From assembly GCA_030704615.1 (NCBI GenBank), contig CM060731.1:70060001-70124000 (forward strand): 64,000 nt of DNA. The letters run 5' to 3'. This stretch comes from Takakia lepidozioides (lineage: Eukaryota; Plantae; Bryophyta). This document shows positions 62,531-64,000 of the stretch, piece after piece. Each line of letters starts with the position of its first letter. Within the stretch, counting starts at the first letter, position 1. The position numbers were made by a program, and so were the translations under genes. The notes beneath the pieces were generated by a model. That model was not told the origin of the DNA. It saw nothing but the letters and a program-made list of their open reading frames with translations, and did no database searches.

Positions 62531-64000
62531 TGATAGCTATTCCAGCTCTGCCATTGCTAGAATTCCATTTTCTTTGTGATTTTCTACTATGATTTTGTAT
62601 TGCACCCAGTAAAATATATACTAATGTACAGATAATACGTTATTTTAAATTATAATCCGAAAAATTGATCGACATATATGACGACCAATGGGGAACACTC
62701 AACTCAAGTGTGAAGAAACCCAGAATCTCTGGTTGCACATTTTAAACTGAAAATATAACATTAACACTATTTGTTGGCTGTACAAATGTACATTGTTTTG
62801 ATATGACTTCTTTAATAAATTTGTAAAACCATCCTCTCTCCTTCTTCGGAGAGAGTTTGAGTCCCAGATAAAAACGTTTCAAAACCATCCATTCTCCCCC
62901 ACCGGACTGGGTTTGAATCCCCTAGATGATGGAAGAAGATATGATATGTGCTAGATTGGTTTCTAATTCTGCTACGGTCTTGGAAATACTTTGAGCCTGT
63001 GCTCGTATATCAGCGGGAAAAGTTTGGATACTTTCTGCACCTCAAAGGACCATATTCTGCCTATTTCTAAGAAGGACATCGGCTCAAACTTGGTCACTTA
63101 AATAACAATTCTGTTTCTAAAAGATCTCGGCTCGAACCCGGCCGGAGAAAATAGCAATGGAAATGATTGGATACTTTATGAGCTTCGGAGGACCTTACAT
63201 TGGAAATAAAAGGCGCACCATCTATATCTAAAACACGACTCACAGGGACTTCTCATGGATTTCGCAGAGTTCATGGTGAAATACTGACTTGGAAATGATT
63301 GGATACTATGAAGATCTTACTCAGACTTTTATTAGAAAATGTCGTAGGCCATTCTGGGTTTTTCCACGCCTGAAAACTTTTCCATTCATGTGAGGGAAGC
63401 AGCAACCACTGCTCTACAATCTCTCTTCTTACCCCCTCATTTATCTCTCACTGAAGTCTCCATAATGAGTATCAGAAATGCTTGGCAGCTTACCTACACG
63501 AGGCCTTGACCCTTAGGCAATCCCTTAAGCAGTAGTTGCTCTTGGGCTGATTTTTGGCTCTAGTTTTGCGGATGTTACTAGTTCCATTTCATTTAATTCT
63601 CTTCTTTTCCTGCAACGGGAATACTACTTATGCCCAGCTTGCACCAGGTGCAACCAGGGTATTGAAACTGAAGAACACTTCTTCTTTTAGTGCCCCTCTC
63701 TATTATGAGATTTGTGGGAGAATCCACTGTCTATTCCGTGGCTGCTTTTTGGTTCTAATTTTGTCATATAAAGTACCATTTCATTTTATTTCATTTCTTT
63801 GTTATGCGGTCTTGTTCAATAAGCTCTCAGGGATTCAATAAATTCCTTCATCTTCGGGGATATTGGAAATCTTTTTTCTAAGCTCTTCGAGGCTCCTATA
63901 GATGTTGATTTTTTTTTTCTTCCTCCATGGAATGCTTGGGGCTAGAGGTACAACACGATCACAGCTTCTATGTGCGTAAATACCCCTTTTTGTGCAAATT

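Noticed and set aside
60850-63960. LTR-like segment (~61300-61900), TTTCATCCA repeats and LINE-like traces (~63450-63900)
   Set aside because: Too decayed to define ends or domains with confidence.

Overview
Eukaryotic nuclear DNA, most likely from a non-seed land plant (inferred from the PLS-DYW PPR gene and the Replitron remnant). There is one intact host gene, an intronless 1467-aa PLS-class DYW PPR RNA-editing factor (7356-11759, minus). The rest is a nested transposon field. The main object is a 38.7-kb Sola-like DNA transposon (19407-58099; 30-bp TIRs with 28/30 identity; 4-bp TSD ACTT). Its transposase is split by a ~21.6-kb block of other elements (22.3-43.9 kb). Its own ~17-kb body carries a divergent, decayed cargo arm: a Pol II CTD-like YSP-repeat ORF, a ParB/Srx-like plus degenerate methyltransferase-like region, RxRTKSPSP repeats and three FCP1/SCP-like HAD phosphatase domains. 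About 13-14 copies of a 24-bp palindrome (AACCTCCACTG-NN-CAGTGGAGGTT) are scattered through it, mostly in predicted introns and spacers. Also present: a Replitron HUH remnant, two pogo-like elements, two hAT MITEs with 8-bp TSDs, tRNA-derived SINEs, LINE and Gypsy/Ginger-type integrase fragments, and PPR, VPS24 and F-box/kelch gene fragments. All family assignments come from motif recognition by eye; no searches were run.
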